DNA of 64,000 bases from Phaeosaccion multiseriatum (lineage: Eukaryota > Protista > Ochrophyta, other classes): NCBI GenBank assembly GCA_965112735.1, contig OZ218956.1:868001-932000 (forward strand). Reading direction: 5' to 3'. Of the stretch, positions 1 through 10,988 are shown one piece after another. The first letter of the stretch is position 1. Every line of letters starts with the position of its first letter. The position numbers were made by a program, and so were the translations under genes. Under the pieces are notes generated by a model that worked only from the letters and a program-made list of their open reading frames with translations, was not told the origin of the DNA and did not search any database.

Positions 1-3000
1 ACAGCGCCAAGTGGGGCCTTGGATGGGCTCAAATGGCCCAATCTGGCTCTGTGCTGGGATCAAGAAAGCCCAAAGCCCGCATTTGTGGGGCACACACAGC
101 CCGAACGACGCGTTTGCTGGCCACAACATGCCCACTCCGGGCATTGGCTCAGCACAACAGGCCTAACTGAGATACTACATTGCCACAACAGCGCCAAGTG
201 GGGCCTTGGATGGGCTCAAATGGCCCAATCTGGCTCTGTGCTGGGATCAAAAAAGCCCAAAGCCCGAACAACGCGTTTGCTGGCCACAACATGCCCACTC
301 CGGGCATTGGCTCAGCACAACAGGCCGAACTAAGATACTACATTGCCACAACAGCGCCAAGTGGGGCCTTGGATGGGCTCAAATGGCCCAATCTGGCTCT
401 GTGCTGGGATCAAAAAAGCCCAAAGCCCGCATTTGTGGGGCACACAAAGCCCGACCGACGCGTTTGCTGGCCACAACATGCCCACTCCGGGCGTTGGCTC
501 AGCACAACAGGCCCAACTGAGATACTACATTGCCACAACAGCGCCAAGTGGGGCCTTGGATGGACTCAAATGGCCCAATCTGGCTCTGTGCTGGGATCAA
601 TAAAGCCCAAAGCCCGAACAACGCGTTTGCTGGCCACAACATGCCCACTCCGGGCATTGGCTCAGCACAACAGGCCCAACTGGGATACTACATTGCCACA
701 ACAGCGCCAAGTGGGGCCTTGGATGGGCTCAAATGGCCCAATCTGGCTCTGTGCTGGGATCAAAAAAGCCCAAAGTCCGCATTTGTGGGGCACACACAGC
801 CCGACCGACGCGTTTGCTGGCCACAACATGCCCACTCCGGGCGTTGGCTTAGCACAACAGGCCGAACTGAGATACTACATTGCCACAACAGCGCCAAGTG
901 GGGCCTTGGATGGGCTCAAATGGCCCAATCTGGCTCTGTGCTGGGATCAATAAAGCCCAAAGTCCGCATTTGTGGGGCACACACAGCCCGACCGACGCGT
1001 TTGCTGGCCACAACATGCCCACTCCGGGCATTGGCTCAGCACAACAGGCCGAACTGAGATACTACGTTGCCACAACAGCGCCAAGTGGGGCCTTGGATGG
1101 GCTCAAATGGCCCAATCTGGCTCTGTGCTGGGATCAAGAAAGCCCAAAGCCCGCATTTGTGGGGCACACACAGCCCGAACGACGCGTTTGCTGGCCACAA
1201 CATGCCGACGCCGGGCATTGGCTCAGCACAACAGGCCTAACTGAGATACTACATTGCCACAACAGCGCCAAGTGGGGCCTTGGATGGGCTCAAATGGCCC
1301 AATCTGGCTCTGTGCTGGGATCAAAAAAGCCCAAAGCCCGAACAACGCGTTTGCTGGCCACAACATGCCCACTCCGGGCATTGGCTCAGCACAACAGGCC
1401 GAACTAAAATACTACATTGCCACAACAGCGCCAAGTGGGGCATTGGATGGGCTCAAATGGCCCAATCTGGCTCTGTGCTGGGATCAATAAAGCCCAAAGC
1501 CCGCATTTGTGGGGCACACAAAGCCCGACCGACGCGTTTGCTGGCCACAACATGCCCACTCCGGGCGTTGGCTCAGCACAACAGGCCCAACTGAGATACT
1601 ACATTGCCACAACAGCGCCAAGTGGGGCCTTGGATGGGCTCAAATGGCCCAATCTGGCTCTGTGCTGGGATCAAGAAAGCCCAAAGTCCGCATTTGTGGG
1701 GCACACACAGCCCGACCGACGCGTTTGCTGGCCACAACATGCCCACTCCGGGCATTGGCTTAGCACAACAGGCCGAACTGAGATACTACATTGCCACAAC
1801 AGCGCCAAGTGGGGCCTTGGATGGGCTCAAATGGCCCAATCTGGCTCTGTGCTGGGATCAATAAAGCCCAAAGCCCGCATTTGTGGGGCACACACAGCCC
1901 GACCGACGCGTTTGCTGGCCACAACATGCCCACTCCGGGCGTTGGCTCAGCACAACAGGCCCAACTGAGATACTACATTGCCACAACAGCGCCAAGTGGG
2001 GCCTTGGATGGACTCAAATGGCCCAATCTGGCTCTGTGCTGGGATCAAGAAAGCCCAAAGCCCGCATTTGTGGGGCACACACAGCCCGAACGACGCGTTT
2101 GCTGGCCACAACATGCCCACTCCGGGCATTGGCTCAGCACAACAGGCCTAACTGAGATACTACATTGCCACAACAGCGCCAAGTGGGGCCTTGGATGGGC
2201 TCAAATGGCCCAATCTGGCTCTGTGCTGGGATCAAAAAAGCCCAAAGCCCGAACAACGCGTTTGCTGGCCACAACATGCCCACTCCGGGCATTGGCTCAG
2301 CACAACAGGCCAAACTAAAATACCACATTGCCACAACAGCGCCAAGTGGGGCCTTGGATGGGCTCAAATGGCCCAATCTGGCTCTGTGCTGGGATCAATA
2401 AAGCCCAAAGCCCGCATTTGTGGGGCACACAAAGCCCGACCGACGCGTTTGCTGGCCACAACATGCCCACTCCGGGCGTTGGCTCAGCACAACAGGCCCA
2501 ACTGAGATACTACATTGCCACAACAGCGCCAAGTGGGGCCTTGGATGGGCTCAAATGGCCCAATCTGGCTCTGTGCTGGGATCAAAAAAGCCCAAAGCCC
2601 GCATTTGTGGGGCACACACAGCCCGAACGACGCGTTTGCTGGCCACAACATGCCCACTCCGGCATTGGCTCAGCACAACAGGCCCAACTGAGATACTACA
2701 TTGCCACAACAGCGCCAAGTGGGGCCTTGGATGGACTCAAATGGCCCAATCTGGCTCTGTGCTGGGATCAAAAAAGCCCAAAGCCCGAACAACGCGTTTG
2801 CTGGCCACAACATGCCCACTCCGGGCATTGGCTTAGCACAACAGGCCCAACTGGGATACTACATTGCCACAACAGCGCCAAGTGGGGCCTTGGATGGGCT
2901 CAAATGGCCCAATCTGGCTCTGTGCTGGGATCAAGACAGCCCAAAGTCCGCATTTGTGGGGCACACAAAGCCCGACCGACGCGTTTGCTGGCCACAACAT

Positions 3001-4633
3001 GCCCACTCCGGGCGTTGGCTCAGCACAACAGGCCCAACTGAGATACTACATTGCCACAACAGCGCCAAGTGGGGCCTTGGATGGGCTCAAATGGCCCAAT
3101 CTGGCTCTGTGCTGGGATCAAAAAAGCCCAAAGTCCGCATTTGTGGGGCACACACAGCCCGACCGACGCGTTTGCTGGCCACAACATGCCCACTCCGGGC
3201 ATTGGCTTAGCACAACAGGCCGAACTGAGATACTGCATTGCCACAACAGCGCCAAGTGGGGCCTTGGATGGGCTCAAATGGCCCAATCTGGCTCTGTGCT
3301 GGGATCAAAAAGCCCAAAGCCCGCATTTGTGGGGCACACACAGCCCGAACGACGCGTTTGCTGGCCACAACATGCCGACCCCGGGCATTGGCTCAGCACA
3401 ACAGGCCTAACTGAGATACTACATTGCCACAACAGCGCCAAGTGGGGCCTTGGATGGGCTCAAATGGCCCAATCTGGCTCTGTGCTGGGATCAAAAAAGC
3501 CCAAAGCCCGAACAACGCGTTTGCTGGCCACAACATGCCCACTCCGGGCATTGGCTCAGCACAACAGGCCGAACTGAGGTACTACATTGCCACAACAGCG
3601 CCAAGTGGGGCCTTGGATGGGCTCAAATGGCCCAATCTGGCTCTGTGCTGGGATCAATAAAGCCCAAAGCCCGCATTTGTGGGGCACACACAGCCCGACC
3701 GACGCGTTTGCTGGCCACAACATGCCCACTCCGGGCGTTGGCTCAGCACAACAGGCCCAACTGAGATACTACATTGCCACAACAGCGCCAAGTGGGGCCT
3801 TGGATGGGCTCAAATGGCCCAATCTGGCTCTGTGCTGGGATCAAGAAAGCCCAAAGCCCGCATTTGTGGGGCACACAAAGCCCGACCGACGCGTTTGCTG
3901 GCCACAACATGCCCACTCCGGGCGTTGGCTCAGCACAACAGGCCCAACTGAGATACTACATTGCCACAACAGCGCCAAGTGGGGCCTTGGATGGGCTCAA
4001 ATGGCCCAATCTGGCTCTGTGCTGGGATCAAAAAAGCCCAAAGCCCGCATTTGTGGGGCACACACAGCCCGAACGACGCGTTTGCTGGCCACAACATGCC
4101 CACTCCGGGCATTGGCTCCGCATAACAGGCCCAACTGAGATACTACATTGCCACAACAGCGCCAAGTGGGGCCTTGGATGGACTCAAATGGCCCAATCTG
4201 GCTCTGTGCTGGGATCAAAAAAGCCCAAAGCCCGAACAACGCGTTTGCTGGCCACAACATGCCCACTCCGGGCATTGGCTTAGCACAACAGGCCCAACTG
4301 GGATACTACATTGCCACAACAGCGCCAAGTGGGGCCTTGGATGGGCTCAAATGGCCCAATCTGGCTCTGTGCTGGGATCAAAAAAGCCCAAAGTCCGCAT
4401 TTGTGGGGCACACACAGCCCGAACGACGCGTTTGCTGGCCACAACATGCCGACGCCGGGCATTGGCTCAGCACAACAGGCCCAACTGAGATACTACATTG
4501 CCACAACAGCGCCAAGTGGGGCCTTGGATGGGCTCAAATGGCCCAATCTGGCTCTGTGCTGGGATCAAAAAAGCCCAAAGCCCGAACAACGCGTTTGCTG
4601 GCCACAACATGCCCACTCCGGGCATTGGCTCAG
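1..4633. repeat. Tandem satellite array: 25 complete monomers (18 long, 186-187 bp; 7 short, 163 bp) plus a partial short monomer; continues off the left edge of the window
   Basis: The anchor ACAGCGCCAAGTGGGG recurs at 1, 188, 351, 538, 701, 888, 1075, 1262, 1425, 1612, 1799, 1986, 2173, 2336, 2523, 2709, 2872, 3059, 3246, 3432, 3595, 3782, 3969, 4156, 4319 and 4506. Short units lack 24 bp between two AGCCCG direct repeats. Confidence 0.99.
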
Positions 4634-5291
4634 TACAGCAGTGTCTACCTCTCCTCCTTGGCAGTGTGTCCCGCCTTACCTGTGCACTGTCTCCGTTGCT
4701 TCAGGAGGCGCCAACACACTCCAATAAGGCTTCTCTTCTAAATTCCTGAATTTGGTACAAATGTACTATCTGTAAGTATATGGGTTTCCCACGGGGGAGA
4801 GGCCGCTCTCCTCGGGGCTGGACCCCCCAAGGAGGGGGGTACTGCTCCTCGGGCCCTCGCTGTCTTCCGCCCACTCCCTCGTCTCTGCTCCGCGAGAAAC
4901 AAAGTTCCGTTGCTGCGCTGCTGAACAGGCTTTTGCGCCGTCGCCGCGCTCGGGTGGGGGCGTGAATGCAGTGAGGGCCCCCCTCCCTTGTCGTCGGCGA
5001 GAGCCGAGGGAAGTACAGGCGCTCCTCAGTGTCGTCGCAGCAAGTGACGGACCTCAACATCCAGGGCGTCGCCAGTTGTGAGCGAGCAAGTAGGAGGGCT
5101 CCTCATCCACACAGTCGTCAGGTGTGAATGGGGCGCCCGGTGAGTCAAGTGCTGGGGATGTTGGGGGAACTCTTCATTAGGAGAGTCCAGCCCTGTGAGG
5201 GGCTCCTTCTTCGGAGGCCAGTTGGTCTCATAAGAAGGCCGCTTCCATCACAGAGGGCTGTAGCCTATATAAAGGCAACAAAAGTATCGCC

Positions 5292-5440
5292 CATTCAAGG
5301 GTATCGATACCCATCCAAAAATCTCTACCACTCTCGGGTTCAGCTCCCATCTGAGCATTCTTAGCTACTATTTTCCTGTGGACTTGAGGCACCCATAGGA
5401 CTTCTACATCTTCTTGGATGGGTATCGATACCCTTGAATG
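5292..5440. repeat. Perfect 27-bp inverted repeat (5292-5318 / 5414-5440), each arm carrying the 14-bp palindrome GGGTATCGATACCC
   Basis: CATTCAAGGGTATCGATACCCATCCAA is the exact reverse complement of TTGGATGGGTATCGATACCCTTGAATG; 95-bp spacer. Confidence 0.97.
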
Positions 5441-5571
5441 ATATAAAGGCACCAGGGCGGACACTCTGCATTTCGGATGTAGCGGAAGGTAGGGAAGTCA
5501 CCATGGTGAGTGCCCTACGCCCCGCTTCACCCCCTTTCATCCGTGTACCTGTGGAGGCGTCGTATCCGCCG

Positions 5572-6600
5572 CTAGCATGCGGCCAGTCCAGCCAAGGCCT
5601 CCTGGACTGTCCTGTGGGCGTACTGGAAAGCCGTCGTCGACGACCAGCGCCCCCAAAACTGGAGTGCGCGCCAGTCTGCTCCGCTAGCTGCAAGGGCTGT
5701 AGCACCTCCACTCCGCAGGGAGTGAGCGCTGATCCGGTTGGGGTCCCTCCCAGCCCTCGTTGCTCCAGCCTTGAGGGCTCTGCTGACTTGCTGAGAAGTG
5801 ATGGACGTCCTTCTCTCCGTCTCGTCGGTGAAGGATGCGAGGAGATTGTGCCCTTCCCAACTTCTCGGGGTCGCGCCCGCTCTCCGCCGAAGTGGCAGCG
5901 GAGCGCGTCCTCGGCAGCGAGTACCGGGCAAAGAGTGGGGGCGCCCGTCCTCTGGTGGGTACGCGCCTCTCCCTTCCTGAGCGCGTCTGTCTTATTGCTG
6001 CCCGTGAAAGCCAAAGTCACGCGCAGCATCCACACTCCCGGGTCGAGGGCTGCAAGGGCTTCTCTCCCTGAGTAGACCCGGTTCGAGGCGTCTGTGAACG
6101 AGACATCGGGACGGGTTAGGATGTAGCGCACGTCTGCTCTCCGCCTCACATTGTTGGGGGCAAACTCGCTCACACGCATCAGAAAAAACCACCCCAGCCG
6201 GATGAGCGCCCACAGCATGGCGCCCTTCCTCCCCTCCGCGCTGAGTACGCCTCTGGTAGCCTCTAAAAGAGCTACATCCACCGGGATCTGCGGGATGGAG
6301 TCGCCATTGGTGAGTCTGTAGCTCCGGAGAACCAACTGCACCTGCTTGCCCACCGCGGGGCCTTTCTTCCCCTCCCGAGAAAAAAGAGCATTCACCGCCG
6401 GTCCTTTCCCCTCCAATGTTGACGCCTTGTTGCCCTTCTCCTCACGACACCACGCCAGACAAGCCATGAAGATTTCCGAGTTCCGGGGGTCATCGTCTCC
6501 GAAAAGCAGAGGGGGTACCTCCACTAGTTGGCAGAACTGATCCATTGGACCGATGAGTAGCGATCCAGGGTGCTAGGGCGGAGACCGCTTGCTGCGGCTG
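5572..6600 (-). pseudogene. Tyrosine recombinase (DIRS-type), broken by at least two frameshifts (~6545 and ~5885)
   Basis: Motifs across three frames: GLRPSTLDRYSS.QW / DQFC, LGWFFLMRVSE (catalytic R), SNKTD (K), CPVLA, then AHSLRSGGATALAASGA (HxxR), FWGRWSS (W) and FQYA (Y). Uses ORFs 5361..6545 and 5572..5931. Confidence 0.9.
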
Positions 6601-6810
6601 CCCGAGCAGAGCTGAGAAGACTGCGTCCAAAACGATGGAGTCCGGCATGATTTGCGTCCACTGAGTGAGGGGCTGTAGGTGAGGGGCAATGGGGCGGGAG
6701 GAGCGGTCAGTTCCGATGAGGTTTTCAATCCAATCACGGCTGAGGTCATCGGGGATAAGGTTGATACGTCCGGGGACATGGACGGTGTCGAGGCCATTTC
6801 CTGCCCCAAG
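6490..6810 (-). pseudogene. C-terminal fragment of a DIRS-type RT-RNase H ORF
   Basis: HVPGRINLIPDDLSR in ORF 6490..6984 resembles the HxPGxxNxxADxLSR motif of retroelement RNase H. No RT motif is visible upstream. Confidence 0.7.
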
Positions 6811-6959
6811 GACTCCACCGACCTTAAACACAAGGACAGTGAGCACTATACAAGCGAGTATCTTCATCCAGGCCAGCACGTGGAGGCGTAGGCAATGCAT
6901 AATGGAGAGAGAAGGGAGAGAAAGTGGGAACGATGGGTTCAAAAAGTGCCCTTGTCGTA

Positions 6960-7067
6960 TCGATTTTGGCCGTATCGATCTCAATTTTGGCCATGTCGAC
7001 CTCGATTTTGGCCAAACCGGTCTCGATTTTGGCCATATCGACCTCGAGTTTATAATATCGAGCTCAA
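6960..7067. repeat. 21-bp minisatellite, about 5 degenerate copies
   Basis: Units at 6960, 6981, 7002, 7023 and 7044; the first four start TC(G/A)ATTTTGGCC. Confidence 0.9.
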
Positions 7068-7370
7068 CACCGGAAAATCGAGGTCCTCGTGGTGCCAGCG
7101 AGAAAAGTTGCTTATAGAAAAAAAGTTGCTTTAAGGCGTGACTGACTGGCGGATGGTGGTGCGCCTTAGCAGGGATAAGGCAGTGGTGAATGACGACATA
7201 ACGTGATTGGTGATTCTGGCGGCCGCCGAAGGCGTGATTCGTCTGCAGCTACGATGTGCTTGTAGTAAAAGCCCGGCTCCGGCCTAATCATCTTTTTGGA
7301 TAGTTTCATTTTTTTCAAACTAATTTTAGCAATTAATGTTCATCTCAACCCTTTATGTACTTAGGTTTGC

Positions 7371-9537
7371 TTAGCCCACTGCCGCAGGATTGGCCTTCAC
7401 TTTCTCCATAAAGGTTTTGATGTCGTGCCGCTGTCGTGTTGCCTGCCGTGTAGCCTTTTTCCTCTCTTCGATCATGAACTCCCTCTCGGCCTTTATCCTC
7501 TCGCACCTCTCCTCTTCTTCGATGATCTTCTGCTCGGTTTGGAGTCTAATAAATTCCTCGATTCGATGAATCCGCTCTATGTTTTGCTGCTTATCTTGCA
7601 TGGACAATTCTTGCTTGATCTTCTTCATGGCCTCTTCGTGTTCTCGCTGCTCTCGAAGCGTCCCATAGAACTTCTCCTTCTCCTTTAGCCGAGAAACGAT
7701 GTCTTTTCGCCTGTCCTGTCGTCTCTGGTAGTTGTCGGCCAAGCGCTAGCAGAAGCAAAGGCGGAAAGAGAGGTGGAAATGAGGAGACGATAAAACAAGG
7801 GTGGGGAATGCCACAGACAGAACGTACCTGCAATCGTTGCGCGTCTTGCTTTTCCAACACCTCTAGTCTCTTCTTCATGCTTTCTCCATCTTTCTCCAGC
7901 CTCTCTTCTGCTCTTGCTGCTGCATGTTCCTGCTTCTGCTCGTACGCCTTCCTCTTGTTTTCTTGCATCTTCTTGTTTCTCTCGAGTGCGTGCTGCGATC
8001 GATACCACGTAGAGCGCCGTGGGGAGGAACTAAGCAGAGACCCCAACAGGGAGAGGGGAGCTAGACACTTATCTTTGCAAGTACACTAACCTGAATTCGC
8101 TTCTCTGCAGCGGCTCTTTGCTCCGCAATTTCCGAAGCTTTTGCGCGCTTCTTCTCGTTTAACTGCGCCGCCACGCGAGCCTCGCGGGTCTCCACTCGAA
8201 GTCTGCTCCGCTCTGCCTCGTCGTCGTGCATCTTCCGTTTTGTCAACACCACCCACATCGTACGTTCCATGTCCCATCCGTGAGCGATGAGTTGGTAGGT
8301 AGGTGGGCAGACGGATAGGTAGGTATGCAGGTATGCAGGTAAGGTAAATAGACAGATACGTCCTTGAAGATTACACGGAGAGACGGGGTAGATACGGAGC
8401 TTGGAGCCCCCCTCCCCCGTCTGCTACACCCCTTACCCCACCACGCCAAAGGAGGTGGCATCCATTCCCCCCTCCTCACCTTCATCAGGCTTTGAGTTGC
8501 TGCCCTGCGACTATCAGCCTTTTCCTTCTTCTCCCGCTCTCGCTCCAAGGCTTTGGCTGCATTGAGTTTAGCCGCTTGTCGCTCCGCTGCCAATAGCTTT
8601 AGTTGAAAGTCCTTGTCGCGCTTGGCCAGCTGTTGCCTCTGCACGGCCTCCTCCTCTGTTAGGTGCGTCACAAGAAAGGTTTAAAGGTTTGGAAAAGGAT
8701 GCAAATCCCCGAACATGCCGTACCTTCCTTAGCCCGCTTTTCAAGATCTAGCTGTCTCCGCTTCTCGACGGACTTCACTCTAGCCTCTGCTACTTCCTTC
8801 TCGTGGATCTCTCTCCGAGCATGCTCCATCTCTTCTGCCTTCACAATCTTTGCGTGCAGCTCCGCAATCCTCTCCTCGTTTTCCAGGACACGCTTCACTT
8901 CCCGCTCCTGCCTCTTCTTTATCGTTATGAGCCTTTTGCGTTCCTGCGTGTGCACGCACAAGAGGGAATGGAGGTGGGCTCCACGGAGCTGTGCAACATG
9001 GCCAAGACCCTCCAACTTACCATTTCCAAGATTCCTGCTTTCATCTGCGTAGCCTCCTCCTTGATGTCCGGCCGTGCGCGGTCACCACCCACCTCTGCAG
9101 GGGCTTCGTCTTTTGTCTCTGGTGACTCCAAGAACTCAATGATTCGCTGTCGCTCGCGCGATACCACTTCAATTTTCCCTGGAGAGAAGCATAAATGTCA
9201 GAAACTCTTTTTGGCCCCTGCTAAGCCCCTCTTGAAGCACCTACATTTTCGCCTCTCTTCGCTGTGCTCGACTCGGAAATTACACATCTCCTTGGTCTCA
9301 TTCGGCAGGACGAAAGCCTTTCTCGGCCTGTGCACACATAGCAACGCATCGTTCCCTTTGGTGAGTAAAAAGTTAAAGCGGTTCTCCCCCTTCTCTTCCA
9401 GGCATCTCTGACCTCGGCATGAGCTCCTTCGGATCGAATCCGGATCGGAGGCAAGCTTCGAGAGAGCGAGGACTGCTGATCGGGTGGGCCTTCCCGGAGG
9501 CCTCAAAGTTGAGCACAGACTTAATCTGCTCCTCCAT
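7371..9537 (-). CDS. Multi-exon coiled-coil protein with a CCDC177/CCDC185-like N-terminus, probably ciliary
   Basis: ATG at 9537 gives MEEQIKSVLNFEASGKAHPISSPRSLEACLRSGFDPKELMPR; the SPRSLEAC...P.EL.P motif resembles the CCDC177 family. E/K/R-rich exons follow (e.g. ORF 7371..7742), separated by GT-AG introns. Confidence 0.7.
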
Positions 9538-9663
9538 GGCTGAATGGTTTTGTTTTGGTCAAAGTGACACAAGATGGAAACGCCACATAGGGTGTAACCG
9601 TCGTTTTTCAGTGAGACGAGCAAAAACAGAGAAAAAATATATGGATTTCACTCTGTGCTGGCC

Positions 9664-10218
9664 ATGACCGAAGACGTATTAATGCCTAGAGTGAAGAGGA
9701 GGGCTGTGAAGAGGCCGCGGCAAGCAGGGCTGCGGCAGGTCTCGTGGCGTAGACCGCTTTTGCTGGGAGGAGCAGGCCCCCTTGTTTGCCTCCTTCAGGG
9801 GTCCAGGCTGGGGTATGTGTGCGGACTGGACTACAAGAAGCCAAAGGTCTCGTCCTACGCTTGCGTTTCGACTGCAGTGGAGATTGAGGACAAGACTACG
9901 GAGCTGGGCAACGGCGGCGCGTGTATGTCCTGCGACCCTGTGCTTGACACATGTGCACCGGGGTGTCAAGCGCTCATCGACGACTTATATCTCAACTGTG
10001 ATTCCGTGACTATGCCTGACGGACTCTTTTTTGATCCGGGCTATACAATAGACGGAGAGTGGGCGGAGGAGGTCAAGGCGAGCGTAAAGATCGCAGTCGA
10101 GAGGTGCGGGTGCAATACAGCGCCCAAGTTCACGGGCGGACCAGCTACCTCCCTCAAACTGACAGGAGTGATTTTAGTCCTGTCAATAGCATTGGAATAT
10201 GTACGGTGGGGTAGATGA
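9664..10218 (+). CDS. Small Cys-rich protein with N-terminal hydrophobic stretch and C-terminal TM/GPI-like tail; function unknown
   Basis: ORF 9655..10218 has about 10 Cys and a hydrophobic C-terminus (LTGVILVLSIALEYV). Start codon uncertain (9664 or 9682). Confidence 0.6.
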   Translation: MTEDVLMPRVKRRAVKRPRQAGLRQVSWRRPLLLGGAGPLVCLLQGSRLGYVCGLDYKKPKVSSYACVSTAVEIEDKTTELGNGGACMSCDPVLDTCAPGCQALIDDLYLNCDSVTMPDGLFFDPGYTIDGEWAEEVKASVKIAVERCGCNTAPKFTGGPATSLKLTGVILVLSIALEYVRWGR

Positions 10219-10409
10219 TTTTCAGCTTCATCTTAATTAAAATTACAGGTATCTACATGCTGCCGAATCGGCAATCCCGCTATCAGTCGTGGAAACGACG
10301 CAAAGAGGCATGAATTGAATCAAGTGCTCGGCCCCACTACCACCGGCCCCGCATACTCCACTGAAGCCCCCAATCACTGAAGCCACACCAGTGGGGCCGA
10401 AGCTGCGTA

Positions 10410-10790
10410 TGCGAGCGTGCGTGCCTGTGAGCGTGCGTGTGCGCATGCATGCGTGCGTGAGTAGTGAGTGGGTGCGTGAGTGAGCGGGTGAGTGATTGGG
10501 TGAGCGGGTAAGTGAGTGACTGGGGGGGGGGAGGTTGAGTGGGTGAGTAAGTCCATGGGCGAGTGGGTTGAGTTGGTGAGCGAGTGAGTGAGTGAGTGAG
10601 TGAGTGAGTGAGTGAGTGAGTGAGTGAGTGAGGAGTAAGTGGGTGAGCGAGTAGGTGAGTGGGTGAGGGAGTTGGTGAGTTGGTGAGTGGGTGGGGGAGA
10701 AAGGGAGTCGGTAAGTGAAGGGAGTGAGTGAATGAGTAGTGGAGTGGCTCGGTGAGTGAGGGAGTGACGTGAGAGAGTACGGGGTGAGAA
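10410..10790. repeat. Degenerate (GTGA/GTGG)n tetranucleotide repeat
   Basis: Pure (GAGT)n run at ~10583-10631 with degenerate flanks. Confidence 0.95.
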
Positions 10791-10988
10791 GAGTCGAGGG
10801 AGTGGATTTTCGTACGTGCTGAGTGCTTCCGCGGGTGGTACGTGGGTGCATGCGTGCGTGAGACACGCCACAAGTGCTGTCTAAGGGCCTACGGCTCCCC
10901 AGGCCTGGCCACAGGCGGCCGTCGTGCCCGTCTGCGTCTCTGCGCCCTTCGTAATACAGGCGGCAGGCAACGTTTGGCATAGTGGGCG

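Larger units (their letters stand above)
4634..6810 (-). mobile_element. Degenerate, 5'-truncated tyrosine-recombinase retrotransposon (DIRS/Ngaro-like) relic; boundaries approximate
   Basis: On the minus strand an RNase H C-terminal motif (HVPGRINLIPDDLSR) is followed by an overlapping tyrosine recombinase frame and a structured non-coding tail. RT-RH then YR is the gene order of YR retrotransposons. Confidence 0.8.

Noticed and set aside
1-4633. CRISPR array or integron-like cassette array next to a recombinase
   Set aside because: Units are near-identical along their whole length with no unique spacers or cassettes; no cas genes; eukaryotic context.
1-4633. Hammerhead ribozyme in the satellite monomer
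   Set aside because: I found no CUGAnGA core with matching GAAA on either strand.
19-4749. Many ORFs in the satellite
   Set aside because: 187 and 163 are not multiples of 3, so frames rotate from unit to unit; these are repeat artefacts.
5361-6545. Intact 394-aa phage-type integrase
   Set aside because: The HxxR, W and Y residues lie in a different frame, and the upstream RNase H motif points to a decayed retroelement.
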